From assembly GCA_017553785.1 (NCBI GenBank), contig JAFZKD010000121.1, positions 5,958 through 69,957 on the forward strand: a DNA stretch of 64,000 nucleotides, read 5' to 3'. The notes under the pieces are model-generated. The model was not told the origin of the DNA. It saw only the letters and a program-made list of their open reading frames with translations, and ran no database searches. Source of the DNA: Muribaculaceae bacterium. GTDB taxonomy: Bacteria > Bacteroidota > Bacteroidia > Bacteroidales > Muribaculaceae. A program made the translations under genes and the position numbers. This document shows, in pieces, positions 54,362-63,945 of this stretch; the stretch's first letter is position 1; each line of letters begins with the position of its first letter.

Positions 54362-55624
54362 CTAGTCATTAGTCGATACCTTATTCTCAATTCTTAAATC
54401 CTTAATCGCCCTGATTCGCTGGGCAAGGGTAGGGTGGCTGTAGCTGTACCACACGACGAGCGGGTGGGGTGTGAGGTTGCTCAAGGCGTGGGCGGCGAGT
54501 TTCTTCAGCCCGCTGATGAGGGCTTCGCCGTGGCCATGCTCGGCGGCAAATGCGTCGGCACGGTATTCGGCACGGCGCGAGATGGCGCTGCCGATAGGTG
54601 ACAGCACGATGTCGATGGGCGACAGCAGCAACGAGAAGGCCACTAGGGCGAGAATGAACGACGGGGCGGTACCGCCTAATGCAGCGGGCAGGTCAGGGTT
54701 GCCCACCAGCAGAGAGAAAATGAACAGGTTGAACGCTATCGTGACGATGCTGATGATCATGTTCTTGAACGTGTCACGATGCTTGTAGTGTCCGAACTCA
54801 TGGGCGAGCACCGCGACGATTTCCTCGGTGCTCATCTTGTCCATCAGCGTGTCATAAAGCACGATGCGCTTCTTGGGTCCGAAGCCGGTGAAATAGGCAT
54901 TGGCCTTAGTCGAGTGCTTGCTGCCGTCGATGAGGTAGATGCCCTTGAAATGGGACCCGAAGCTTGTGATGGCCTCGGTGATGGCAGTGCGCAAATCGCC
55001 CTCGGGCAGCGGCGTCTGCTTGTTGAACAGCGGCACGATGAGATTGCTGTAGAACATCGTGAAAAAGATGATGAATCCCGCACACACTAGCGTGGCCCAA
55101 ATCCAGAACTGCTGCCCGAAGGTGAGATACAACCAATAAACCACGCCCATGAGCACGGCGCTGATTACCGTCGAGACTAGGAACGACTTGAGTGCGTCGA
55201 GCCAGTAGGTCTTGTGTGTCGTGCGGTTGAACCCGAACCGCTCTTCGACCACAAAGGTCGAATAGTAACTGAACGGTAACCCGATAATGGTGGTGAACAG
55301 GTTATAGATTACCAGAAACAGCACCACTTGCATCATGGGCACATCTGTCCACGTTTTGCACTGGTTATCAAGCCAGCCCAGCAGTCCACAACCCAGAATA
55401 ACCAGCGTCAGCGCAAACGACACGCAGCGGGCGACAAGCGACACCCGCTTGTTGGTGCGCATGTATTCCTGCTGCTTGCGGTACTTCTCCTCGTCATATA
55501 ATCCCTCCAATTCGGGTGGAACGGGATGAGTCATCCAGCGCGTGTTCAGCCATGACAGCACGCTGCTGACGATAAACTCCAGCGTCACAAACGCGATAAT
55601 CAGTATCAATAAGGTCTTTACCAT
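54362..55624 (-). CDS. M48 family (Ste24-like) zinc metallopeptidase
   Basis: FGFN.TT, NAYFTG.G..KRIVLYDTL, HEFGH, E..AD, SHP.LAQR. Confidence 0.92.
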   Translation of the reverse strand: MVKTLLILIIAFVTLEFIVSSVLSWLNTRWMTHPVPPELEGLYDEEKYRKQQEYMRTNKRVSLVARCVSFALTLVILGCGLLGWLDNQCKTWTDVPMMQVVLFLVIYNLFTTIIGLPFSYYSTFVVEERFGFNRTTHKTYWLDALKSFLVSTVISAVLMGVVYWLYLTFGQQFWIWATLVCAGFIIFFTMFYSNLIVPLFNKQTPLPEGDLRTAITEAITSFGSHFKGIYLIDGSKHSTKANAYFTGFGPKKRIVLYDTLMDKMSTEEIVAVLAHEFGHYKHRDTFKNMIISIVTIAFNLFIFSLLVGNPDLPAALGGTAPSFILALVAFSLLLSPIDIVLSPIGSAISRRAEYRADAFAAEHGHGEALISGLKKLAAHALSNLTPHPLVVWYSYSHPTLAQRIRAIKDLRIENKVSTND

Positions 55625-55829
55625 ATCCGGTTATATTGTTGTATCTTGAGCGCTAAATTACAAAAAAGGTGATTGCATTAAGCGATTTTATGTCAAAAAA
55701 TGGTAGCAGTACTAAGCGACTTCCCCAAAAATGTTGGTTAGAGGAGATGATTTGCTGTTATAAATTTTGTGAAAAATGCTATTGTTTATATTTTTGCGTT
55801 GTAAATTATCGATTAAATGTGTTTTATCT

Positions 55830-56360
55830 ATGGAACCTATTCAAGAACCAAATCAACACGCCAACGACGGACAGGGGACGCTGCGTCCCATGCTCAGTTT
55901 TGGAGAGGCAGTAAGCATTTGTTTGAAAAAGTATTCTGATTTCAAGGGGCGTGCTCGGCGCAGCGAGTATTGGTGGTGGGTCCTTTTATCGTTAATTGCC
56001 GGCACCGTGGCAAAGTTTATCGATGGGACTTTTAATCTGCTTTTTTCAGCGAGCTCTATCAACATCGTTTCAATTATAGTATGGCTAGTTCTCATCATTC
56101 CTAGTTTAGCCGTAGCGACTCGACGTTTGCATGATACGGGACGCAGCGGCTGGTGGATTGTGGCCTTAGCCGTAGTGGGCGTGATAGAAGTGATATTGTC
56201 CTTCATTATCGCAGATTCTGTCCCTTCGTTATTATGGTACTACGTTCTATGGTTTGTGATTCTGATCCTGCTGTTGCTTTCCTTAATTCTTCTTTACTTT
56301 GAAGTGCTTGACAGCCACAAGGGGGAGAACCAGTATGGCCCTTCACCCAAGTACCAGTGA
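55830..56360 (+). CDS. DUF805 membrane protein
   Basis: F.GRARRSEYWW, RRLHDTGRSGWW, N.YGP.P. Confidence 0.88.
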   Translation: MEPIQEPNQHANDGQGTLRPMLSFGEAVSICLKKYSDFKGRARRSEYWWWVLLSLIAGTVAKFIDGTFNLLFSASSINIVSIIVWLVLIIPSLAVATRRLHDTGRSGWWIVALAVVGVIEVILSFIIADSVPSLLWYYVLWFVILILLLLSLILLYFEVLDSHKGENQYGPSPKYQ

Positions 56361-56418
56361 CGGTTGCTTTGCGCGGAAGACCGCCAAAACTGATAATCTG
56401 GCGGCATCATAATTAATT

Positions 56419-56448
56419 AGCTCATCGCTTGCGGTGGGCTTTTTTTTA
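56419..56448 (+). terminator. Intrinsic terminator
   Basis: AGCTCATCGC-TT-GCGGTGGGCT followed by a T-run. Confidence 0.75.
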
Positions 56449-56609
56449 TACTTGGCCAGGTCTTTTCAATGGCATTATCATTGTGGCGATGTGATATTGG
56501 CTTCCCGTAATGGTACTGCCATTACTGGCAAGACCTATGAGGACAGGGCGGCCGTGGTGGATGTAACGGGCAATGATGGTTAGATACTGTCTTTCTTCGG
56601 GTTTTGGGG

Positions 56610-57170
56610 TTAATCGTCTTTTTCTTCCAGTTCCTGTAATTTCTCGATGTCAATATCGCGGGAATCTCCCTTCCCTGAGTACTTGAGAAGCCACCACAGT
56701 CCACCAATTAAGGCTGCGAGACCAATCACGACGAGCACGATCACATACCACGGGGATTTGTCGATTAGCCCTAAAACAGCTGCAGCCATAATGCACAATG
56801 TCATGGTGATGATGATTAGTTTGGTGAAAACGGTATCGGAGCCGAGCAGATTGAGAAATCGCTGCATCTCTTTGGCGGTCGAGGCTCGGCGGATACAGTC
56901 ATAGATGATGGCATAAAACACCATAGCCAGTGAAGACACCAGCATTAGGGCTACAAGAGGGCACAAGTACAGTTTGCTCTCGCTGATGTCGTCAAACTTG
57001 ATGATGCCGTTGGCGGCAAATATGATTGCCATAATGATGTAGAAAATGGTATAGGAACGGCTGCTCTTCCTGATTGACTTGCGCAGTTCTTCTTTTTCGT
57101 TGACCTGTTCAGGAGCGAAATCCTCCTCGGTCGGAACGTAATTCTCATCGATATAATCCTCAGGTTTCAT
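56610..57170 (-). CDS. Hypothetical four-TM membrane protein
   Basis: 186 aa, four hydrophobic segments, acidic termini. Confidence 0.7.
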   Translation of the reverse strand: MKPEDYIDENYVPTEEDFAPEQVNEKEELRKSIRKSSRSYTIFYIIMAIIFAANGIIKFDDISESKLYLCPLVALMLVSSLAMVFYAIIYDCIRRASTAKEMQRFLNLLGSDTVFTKLIIITMTLCIMAAAVLGLIDKSPWYVIVLVVIGLAALIGGLWWLLKYSGKGDSRDIDIEKLQELEEKDD

Positions 57171-57393
57171 AATGCGTTGACTTAAATAGGTTAATAAATC
57201 CTGTAATTCATCTTCTGTTCTTTAGACACACAAGGGTGTCACAAAACTTCACAAAGATAGCATTTTTTCTCCATTTTTCTGCAATTCCCTGTCTAACTTG
57301 AAAAAAAGGGAGACAAAATGTGCTTTTAGTCACGCACAACCAAAAATTCACTAAATTTGTGGGCATTATTAACCCAAACATGAATTATAGCAA

Positions 57394-58752
57394 ATGAAAA
57401 AGACTTTGTTGTTTTTTGCGACATTCCTTGTGGAACTCATGGTGCAGGCGATGCCCACTGCCACAGTTCCTGGCATTGGCGCCTCGACTCCCAAGTACAC
57501 CTTCAACAGCACTACTGGCGCCCTGACGCTCAACTGGGGCGAGTTCAATCGTTACGACAATTGGGACTATGACGTGATGAACACAGCTGTCAAGAGCGTC
57601 GTTGCCACTAGCGAGGTGAGTTTCACTGACGACTGTTCTCAACTGTTTTATAATTTCAATCATTGCGAGAGCATGGACTTGAGCCGCGTCAACACCAGCG
57701 GGATGATAAATGCAAACAGGATGTTCCGCGACTGCTCAAGTCTGACCACGCTCGATTTGTCGGACTGGAACATGGCCAACGTTACCGATATGTATGAGAT
57801 GTTCAGCTACTGCGATAACCTGACCTCGCTCGACCTGTCCGGTTGGAACACCGGCAATGTCATTGACATGGGCTTAATGTTTTACGACTGTTTGAGTCTG
57901 ACCTCACTTGACCTCACGGGCTGGAATACTGCCAATGTCATGGACATGTACCACATGTTCAATGGTTGCGAAAGCCTGACCTCACTCGACCTTTCGGGCT
58001 TTAACACCGCCAATGTCACCTCTATGACCCAGATGTTCTATGGTTGCAAACGGCTAACCTCACTTAACCTCTCGGGGTGGAATATAAGCAATGTAATGAC
58101 CATGGGATCCATGTTCTCAGGCTGCTCGAGTCTTACTTCACTCGATCTCTCGGGCTTTAATCCCGCCAATGTCATTGACATGAGCTACATGTTCTATGGT
58201 TGCGAAAGGTTAACCTCGCTGAATGTCTCGGGCTGGAACAACACCACTAGTGTCAACGATATGCAATTCATGTTCTCGGGCTGCATGGGCCTGACTACGC
58301 TTGACATCTCGAGTTGGGACACCGCCAATCTCTGGTACATGAACGGCATGTTTGCCAACTGCTCGGCCCTAAGAACCATCTATGCGGGTGAGGGCTGGAC
58401 CACCGACAATGTCTATGGCGAATGGGGCGAAGGTGTATTCACTAACTGCACCGCTCTGGAGGGTGGCATGGGCACTTCCTTTGACGAAAACAACACCGAT
58501 AAGACCTATGCCCGCATCGACGGTGGGTCGAGTGCTCCCGGTTATTTCACCGCCAAGTCTGACGCCCATCGTGGCGACGTGAATGGCGACGATAGAGTGA
58601 ACATCGATGACGTGACTGCCTTGATTGACTATCTGCTGGGCAGCGATGCCAGTGCCATCAGCCTGACTGCCGCCGACTGCGACCAAGACGGCAGCATCTC
58701 CATTGCCGACATAACAGCTCTGATTGACTACTTGCTTTCAGGCCGTTGGTAG
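57394..58752 (+). CDS. DUF285/BspA-type LRR surface protein with a C-terminal dockerin
   Basis: Repeats of MF..C.SLTSLDLSGWNT.NV..M; ARIDGG...PGYFT; GDVNGD..VNIDDVTALIDYLL. Confidence 0.88.
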   Translation: MKKTLLFFATFLVELMVQAMPTATVPGIGASTPKYTFNSTTGALTLNWGEFNRYDNWDYDVMNTAVKSVVATSEVSFTDDCSQLFYNFNHCESMDLSRVNTSGMINANRMFRDCSSLTTLDLSDWNMANVTDMYEMFSYCDNLTSLDLSGWNTGNVIDMGLMFYDCLSLTSLDLTGWNTANVMDMYHMFNGCESLTSLDLSGFNTANVTSMTQMFYGCKRLTSLNLSGWNISNVMTMGSMFSGCSSLTSLDLSGFNPANVIDMSYMFYGCERLTSLNVSGWNNTTSVNDMQFMFSGCMGLTTLDISSWDTANLWYMNGMFANCSALRTIYAGEGWTTDNVYGEWGEGVFTNCTALEGGMGTSFDENNTDKTYARIDGGSSAPGYFTAKSDAHRGDVNGDDRVNIDDVTALIDYLLGSDASAISLTAADCDQDGSISIADITALIDYLLSGRW

Positions 58753-58836
58753 TTCTTAAGTCAATCGTGGTATCTGTGCTCGGGACGACGAGTACAAATG
58801 CTGCTTGATGGAGATAAAAAAGTGGACGGCCATTAA

Positions 58837-58872
58837 CTAAGGACCTAAAAACTGAGAACTAGAAACTAAAAA
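58837..58872. repeat. Degenerate heptamer repeat
   Basis: ctaagga c ctaaaaa ctgagaa ctagaaa ctaaaaa. Confidence 0.6.
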
Positions 58873-58919
58873 ATGTATTATCTTTGCAGCATCACATCAA
58901 TAATTTAAGGAATAGAGCT

Positions 58920-59531
58920 ATGAAAAAGATGAATTCATGGATGCTTGCCGCCATCTTGTTCTGCGGCCTGGGTTACTTGACTTCGTGCAACGGGAATGCC
59001 ACTGCTGACAAGGCGGCGACAGATACTGTCGCTGTTGAAACCGTCAAGAGCGGTGACGTAGTAATGGAAGGCGTAAAAAAGTATCTGGTGGACTCAATCG
59101 GTTCACAATACTCCGCAGGTGACATGTGCATCCCCGTTGTCGTGATGACTTGTACCGAAGGAGTAAATGCCGATAGCGTATTCAAGTGGGGTGACTATTG
59201 GGTGTTTAACTACAAGGTGGTGGGTGATACCCTGAAGACTGTTTCGGGTGGAAACCATTCCGGAAAAATGTTACTCACTAAGAATGAGAATGGTGAATAC
59301 CAGGTGGTGTCGTTCGAGCAGGTGGAAGACGGTGCCGGGAACTTGTCCAGTGCCAAGCGCATTTTTGGCGAATACTATGACGCGTACCATGCCGTTAACA
59401 GCAATGAGAATTACCGCGAGGAACTCCGTGCCACTGCTGTTGCCGACTATGTGAAGGCTCACAACCTGCCGGTCAAGTACTATCAGGACTACGGTTGGCC
59501 TGCTAAACCTATCCCCCAAACTGAGGACTAA
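58920..59531 (+). CDS. Hypothetical lipoprotein
   Basis: MKKMN...LTSC lipobox; TATCTTTG promoter box at 58879 supports ATG 58920. Confidence 0.75.
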   Translation: MKKMNSWMLAAILFCGLGYLTSCNGNATADKAATDTVAVETVKSGDVVMEGVKKYLVDSIGSQYSAGDMCIPVVVMTCTEGVNADSVFKWGDYWVFNYKVVGDTLKTVSGGNHSGKMLLTKNENGEYQVVSFEQVEDGAGNLSSAKRIFGEYYDAYHAVNSNENYREELRATAVADYVKAHNLPVKYYQDYGWPAKPIPQTED

Positions 59532-59545
59532 AATCTAATGACAAA

Positions 59546-60784
59546 ATGAAATACAGCATCATAGCCATCGGCGACGAACTGCTTATCGGGCAGGTAACTG
59601 ACACCAACTCCGGCTGGATCGCACGGCACATGACGCCGCGCGGCTGGGACGTGAACACAGTGCAGGTGGTGCCCGACGATGCCCGCCAGATTGGGCTCGC
59701 CATCGATCGCGCATTCGCTCAGACCGATGTCGTGCTCATGACCGGCGGCCTGGGCCCGACCAAGGACGACATCACCAAGCCAACCTTGTGCCGCTACTTT
59801 GGCGGCGAGATGGTGCTTGACAAGGCCGTCGAGGCCAACGTCCGTCAGGTGATGGAGCGCCGCCACCTCAAGCTCAACGAGTACACCCGCCTGCAGGCCA
59901 TGGTGCCCTCGTCGTGTCGTGTCATCCAGAACGAGGTGGGCACAGCGCCCCTCATGTGGTTTGAGCGCGAGGGCAAGGTGCTGGTGAGCATGCCTGGCGT
60001 ACCCTTTGAGCTGCAGGGGATGATGGAACGTGCTGTCATTCCGCAGCTGCTTGCCCGCTTTAACGACGGGGAGGACATCGAGTTCCGCACCTTTGTCGTT
60101 TCGGGCATCATTGAATCGGCGCTGGCCATGCAACTGGATGAGTTTGAACGCAATCTGCCTCAAGGCATCCATTTGGCCTATCTCCCCGAGGGCGGCATTA
60201 TTCGCCTGCGCCTGACGGGGTCCTCAACCGATGCGTCTGCACTCAATGCCAACATGGAGCGGCTCTCAAGGGAATTGCATGACATCTTGGGTACCCATAT
60301 CATCGCCGACGGCGATAAGCGTTTGCCTGAGATATTGGGTGAGCGTCTGCGTGAGCGTGGGCTCACACTCTCTACAGCCGAGAGTTGCACGGGTGGCAAT
60401 GTTGCCCATGATATCACGAGCATAGCGGGAAGCAGCGACTACTTCAAGGGCGCTGTGGTGAGCTATGCCAACGATGTGAAGATGGAGTTGCTAGGCGTCA
60501 ATGAGCAGGATATCATCGAACACGGCGCGGTGAGCGACCCTGTCGTGCGCCAGATGGTTGAGGGCGTTTGCCGAGTGATAGGCTCCGACTGCGCTATGGC
60601 TACCAGCGGCATTGCCGGTCCTGCCGGGGGGTCTCCCACGAAGCCCGTGGGAAACGTGTGGATGGCTGCCAAGTGCGGTGACCGTGTGATTTCCCAGGTC
60701 AAGCAGTTGCCCGGCGACCGTTCCCGTGTCATCAACCGTGCGACACTTGAGGTTGAATTATTGCTATTATCACTATTGAGTTAG
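59546..60784 (+). CDS. cinA: CinA family (molybdopterin-binding domain + NMN deamidase)
   Basis: IGDELLIGQV.DTN, GGLGPTKDDIT, PGVP.E, TAESCTGG, SGIAGP.GG. Confidence 0.93.
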   Translation: MKYSIIAIGDELLIGQVTDTNSGWIARHMTPRGWDVNTVQVVPDDARQIGLAIDRAFAQTDVVLMTGGLGPTKDDITKPTLCRYFGGEMVLDKAVEANVRQVMERRHLKLNEYTRLQAMVPSSCRVIQNEVGTAPLMWFEREGKVLVSMPGVPFELQGMMERAVIPQLLARFNDGEDIEFRTFVVSGIIESALAMQLDEFERNLPQGIHLAYLPEGGIIRLRLTGSSTDASALNANMERLSRELHDILGTHIIADGDKRLPEILGERLRERGLTLSTAESCTGGNVAHDITSIAGSSDYFKGAVVSYANDVKMELLGVNEQDIIEHGAVSDPVVRQMVEGVCRVIGSDCAMATSGIAGPAGGSPTKPVGNVWMAAKCGDRVISQVKQLPGDRSRVINRATLEVELLLLSLLS

Positions 60785-60786
60785 AA

Positions 60787-61671
60787 ATGAGGAAGTGGAT
60801 CATTATTTTGATGGCGATGTTGTTAGCAGCCCCCGTCGTGATGTCGTCTCCCGTGGGTGACGATGACGACAAGGACCCCAGCATCAAGCCTGGAATTCGA
60901 CGTCTGCACCCCGAGCGCGAGCGCGCCAAGGCCATCAAGCAGTTGCAGGACGAGATGTCGCGCAAAGCCGAACCCAAGGACGATCCCTGGGACATGACTG
61001 GTGAAGTGTGGGGCACTGTGGACTTGCCGCGCGAGGCCAAAGACGTCAAGGCCGTTGAGGGCCGTCGTTTGACCCAGCGCACGAGTAAGACTCCCGCCGA
61101 GCAGCAAATGGTTAACCAACTGATCAACACCGATTATTCCATTCACGAGTACAGTGTGGGCGACAGGCGCATGCTTTGGCGTGACGAACCTGTCACATCA
61201 TCGGTTGACGAGTTGTTGCCGTTTTTTAGCTATGAGAACGGAGAATACTTGTCGAAGTATGTCTCACGGGATAAGACCAGCAACGAAATCTATTTCATTT
61301 TCTCCTACCACGACAGTGTGCCTGGCCCATTGCGCCTATGCATCCAGTATTGCGCCGATGACCCGTTGGATTATGATATGTTGACGGTCAATGTCGATGG
61401 CTTTGACTACGTGTATTATCCGTCAAATATCGAACGGGGCCGACAAGGAAAGAAACTCTATTGGGAGTTATGCGACAACGTGTTGAACCCAGCCTACAAG
61501 GATATGGTCTACGCCTTGGCCCATAGTCATTGGGCATTCATCAAGTTCCATGGTGCCAATGGCATTAACCATGTGAAGACGCTGTCTCAAGGGCAGCGTG
61601 ACGACTTTGCCCATGCGTTGGATCTGTACCGTTTGCTGGGCGGCGGATGGAGCGCTCCCGCCGTTGAATAG
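60787..61671 (+). CDS. Secreted hypothetical protein
   Basis: Signal peptide, 294 aa, starts 2 bp after cinA. Confidence 0.7.
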   Translation: MRKWIIILMAMLLAAPVVMSSPVGDDDDKDPSIKPGIRRLHPERERAKAIKQLQDEMSRKAEPKDDPWDMTGEVWGTVDLPREAKDVKAVEGRRLTQRTSKTPAEQQMVNQLINTDYSIHEYSVGDRRMLWRDEPVTSSVDELLPFFSYENGEYLSKYVSRDKTSNEIYFIFSYHDSVPGPLRLCIQYCADDPLDYDMLTVNVDGFDYVYYPSNIERGRQGKKLYWELCDNVLNPAYKDMVYALAHSHWAFIKFHGANGINHVKTLSQGQRDDFAHALDLYRLLGGGWSAPAVE

Positions 61672-61888
61672 CGCATGGGGTATCCTTTTCCCCTCATTAA
61701 TTATGGTATTTTGGACGCATAAATCCACCAAAAGGTGAGGTTATGCAACGGATTGCATGACCTTTTTCGGGTGTTTGCATGGGTTTTTGCGTAATTTGCT
61801 ATGTCAAGAAATAAAAAAGCATTACCTTTGCGCAAAATTATAAGTATTACTTATTATTATTGATTGTTTTATTAAAGGTTTTTTTATT

Positions 61889-62092
61889 ATGAACGAAGAA
61901 AACATTGGTACCTGGGCTGGTCTCGTGTGGAACGCCCTGAATGATTCGAAAAAAGGTCTTACCACTAAGGAACTGCGCAAGGTTGCTAAGCTCAAAGTTA
62001 ACGAGATGCACTGCGCTCTGGGTTGGCTCGCCAAGGAAGGTAAGCTGAACTTCGCCGAAGGTAAGGACGACATTAAGGTATCGCTGCGCTAA
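61889..62092 (+). CDS. Small winged-helix protein (DUF2582-like)
   Basis: IG..AG.VW.AL...ALGWLAKEGK; own TACCTTTG promoter box at 61823. Confidence 0.85.
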   Translation: MNEENIGTWAGLVWNALNDSKKGLTTKELRKVAKLKVNEMHCALGWLAKEGKLNFAEGKDDIKVSLR

Positions 62093-62132
62093 GCACTTTT
62101 TGCCCCGGTCCTGGATTAAGAATTAATATCCC

Positions 62133-62185
62133 TGATATAGCAGCGATGGCGTGGAACTTGGTTTCACGCCATCGCTGTTATATCA
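62133..62185. terminator. Long hairpin terminator
   Basis: TGATATAGCAGCGATGGCGTGGAA...TTTCACGCCATCGCTGTTATATCA. Confidence 0.75.
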
Positions 62186-62233
62186 GATGACAAGGGGGGG
62201 CTGTGTTATCCATTAACCGTTCATAATAACCCG

Positions 62234-62362
62234 AAAAACCCAGGCTCTTGGCCTGGGTTATCGTTCTGTAAAACAAACCATTACTAAGCACTTAAAGTCA
62301 TTCGCGGCTTCCCAGCTTGCGATAAACAATCTAACATTCCATAGCTCATGAATTTGCTTGAG
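62234..62362 (-). ncRNA. Candidate ~130-nt sRNA
   Basis: Minus-strand TACCTTTG box at 62367-62374; terminator AACCCAGGC/GCCTGGGTT + U-run at 62234-62259; no substantial ORF. Confidence 0.5.
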
Positions 62363-62603
62363 TCCACAAAGGTAAACACATTTTTTTAATTTACAAAACA
62401 AAATGATAAAATTTTCAAAAAAAAATTATTTTGGTTTGTAAATCATAATCAAGTCACCTCGCGGCCCCAAGTAATCTCGTCGATCTGTATATTGTCAAGC
62501 CATTCATAAGCTTTTGCCAGTATTTATGCTACTGAAAACAATAGTTTTTCAATAAATTTTAAAATTATTCGTGATTTTTGTTGCAGATTGTAAATTTTCA
62601 CCA

Positions 62604-62611
62604 TATTTTTG
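62604..62611 (+). promoter_or_regulatory. Bacteroidetes promoter upstream of the structured non-coding region
   Basis: TATTTTTG -7 box with TTG about 20 nt upstream. Confidence 0.55.
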
Positions 62612-63274
62612 CATTCGTATAAAGGATTACTAGACGATTTAGTGACAAAGTGTAATTGTGACGTGCCCCTGCTCTGATTTTGGATGATGGCTTAGCGGCT
62701 GGAGCAGATTTGGTATATCCCTTTCATGAGTCACAGAACAACTAAACATAAGTCGAGAAACCGTTTTGACGGTAGATTGGCAGAAAAAAGATATCATTAT
62801 GAGAGCTCCTCCACAGATCTACACGAGGCGCGTCATGCAAGGGTAAAGATCCTCGTGACGGCAAAGTTGTGATTGTGTGGTCTCCTGTTATCCACATTAT
62901 AATATATAAATACTATATGGGCATGGTATTTGGATGATGAGCCCAACCCAAGGATACTAATTATTTAATCTAAACAATGAGTTATGAAACATGTTCTGCA
63001 TCTTCACCGGAGCGACGGCGTTGACAAGACAGCGCCGGTGCTAATGTTGCATTCGCCATGCGTCGCTCGACAGGTACATCATATCTCAGGGGTTGACATG
63101 GCCGTGCCGTCATCAATCGGCGCCTCATGTCAAACAGCCCAATAATTCTCTAACTTGTGGTTATCGGGAGGGGTGTCAAGACACTTTTTGTTAGGCGGTA
63201 TCATATTTAACAATGTTTCAGGCATTCATGTTGGCACCTCCCCGAGAACCCCAAACTCAACGGATAATTCATAA

Positions 63275-63755
63275 TGTGTAATGATTTTTTCATAAGCTAA
63301 GTTTTTTGTTGACTGTTTTAGAAGGTGCGGTGCACCTGGGTATCGCGCCTTCTTTTTAAAAAATCAGGAACACATGACAACAATAAGAATAATGATGCTT
63401 AAGGTAATTTTTTCATTTGTGTGGTTTTAAGATGATTGGTTAATCAGGGGGTGCGCTGCACCTGCTTCGTGGCGCACCCATTTTCTTGATCATTCAACAC
63501 AGCCCACCAGGAGTTTACCTGAAGCCCCAAAATATATCAATGCAAAGTGCTAATTGTTTTTTCATAAGTGTGTGGTTTTATGGGGGTGCCGGTCACCCTG
63601 CACAAGGTACCCCTGTTTTCCCGCCACCCTGCAGTTGAAATGATATCAGAGTAAAGAACCCAGTCTAATAGCATGGCACGGAGTTAATAATTTTTTCATA
63701 ATGTTTGAAGTGGTTAGGAGATGCGGTTGCGAGAGCCAGCCGCATCTTCGTTTTC
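63275..63755 (+). ncRNA. Tandem array of four paralogous sRNA-like units (anti-start-codon seed + terminator hairpin)
   Basis: TTTTTTCAT at 63285, 63408, 63557 and 63691, each followed by a GT-rich tract, a GC-rich hairpin and a T-run. Confidence 0.7.
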
Positions 63756-63805
63756 ATTACCGCCCTGAATGCTGCATCCATGCTATTTCATGGAAAACTA
63801 AATCA

Positions 63806-63945
63806 ATGAGCCGATTGTTCAAAGGTTGTAGCGGCTTAACCAGCATTGACCTGAGCTGTTTTATACGATACACATGGTCGGCATGCTCCAAGGCTGCAGT
63901 AATATGACCACCATCTTTGCCGGTGATGAATGGAGTACAGCAAAC
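63806..63945 (+). pseudogene. Frameshifted fragment of a DUF285/BspA LRR gene
   Basis: MSRLFKGCSGLTSIDLS, then in another frame MVGMLQGCSNMTTIFAGDEWSTAN, similar to MNGMFANCSALRTIYAGEGWTTDN in 57394..58752. Confidence 0.65.

Noticed and set aside
56450-56600. Short minus-strand open frame (PEERQYLTIIARY...) after the four-TM gene
   Set aside because: No start codon or recognisable family; cannot be supported as a pseudogene.
63207-63699. Minus-strand micro-ORFs starting ATGAAAAAA in each array unit (MKKSLHIM..., MKKLP*, MKKQLALC..., MKKLLTPC...)
   Set aside because: Lengths (28, 5, 16, 17 aa) and sequences are not conserved, and the hairpins have their T-runs on the + strand, so an antisense RNA reading fits better.
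63275-63755. CRISPR array
   Set aside because: Repeats are short and degenerate, the period is 123-149 bp, each unit has a terminator, and no cas genes are in the window.
63701-63907. 68-aa ORF-track prediction as a real gene
   Set aside because: It runs through the fourth array hairpin into a frameshifted DUF285 fragment, so it is a chimeric artefact.
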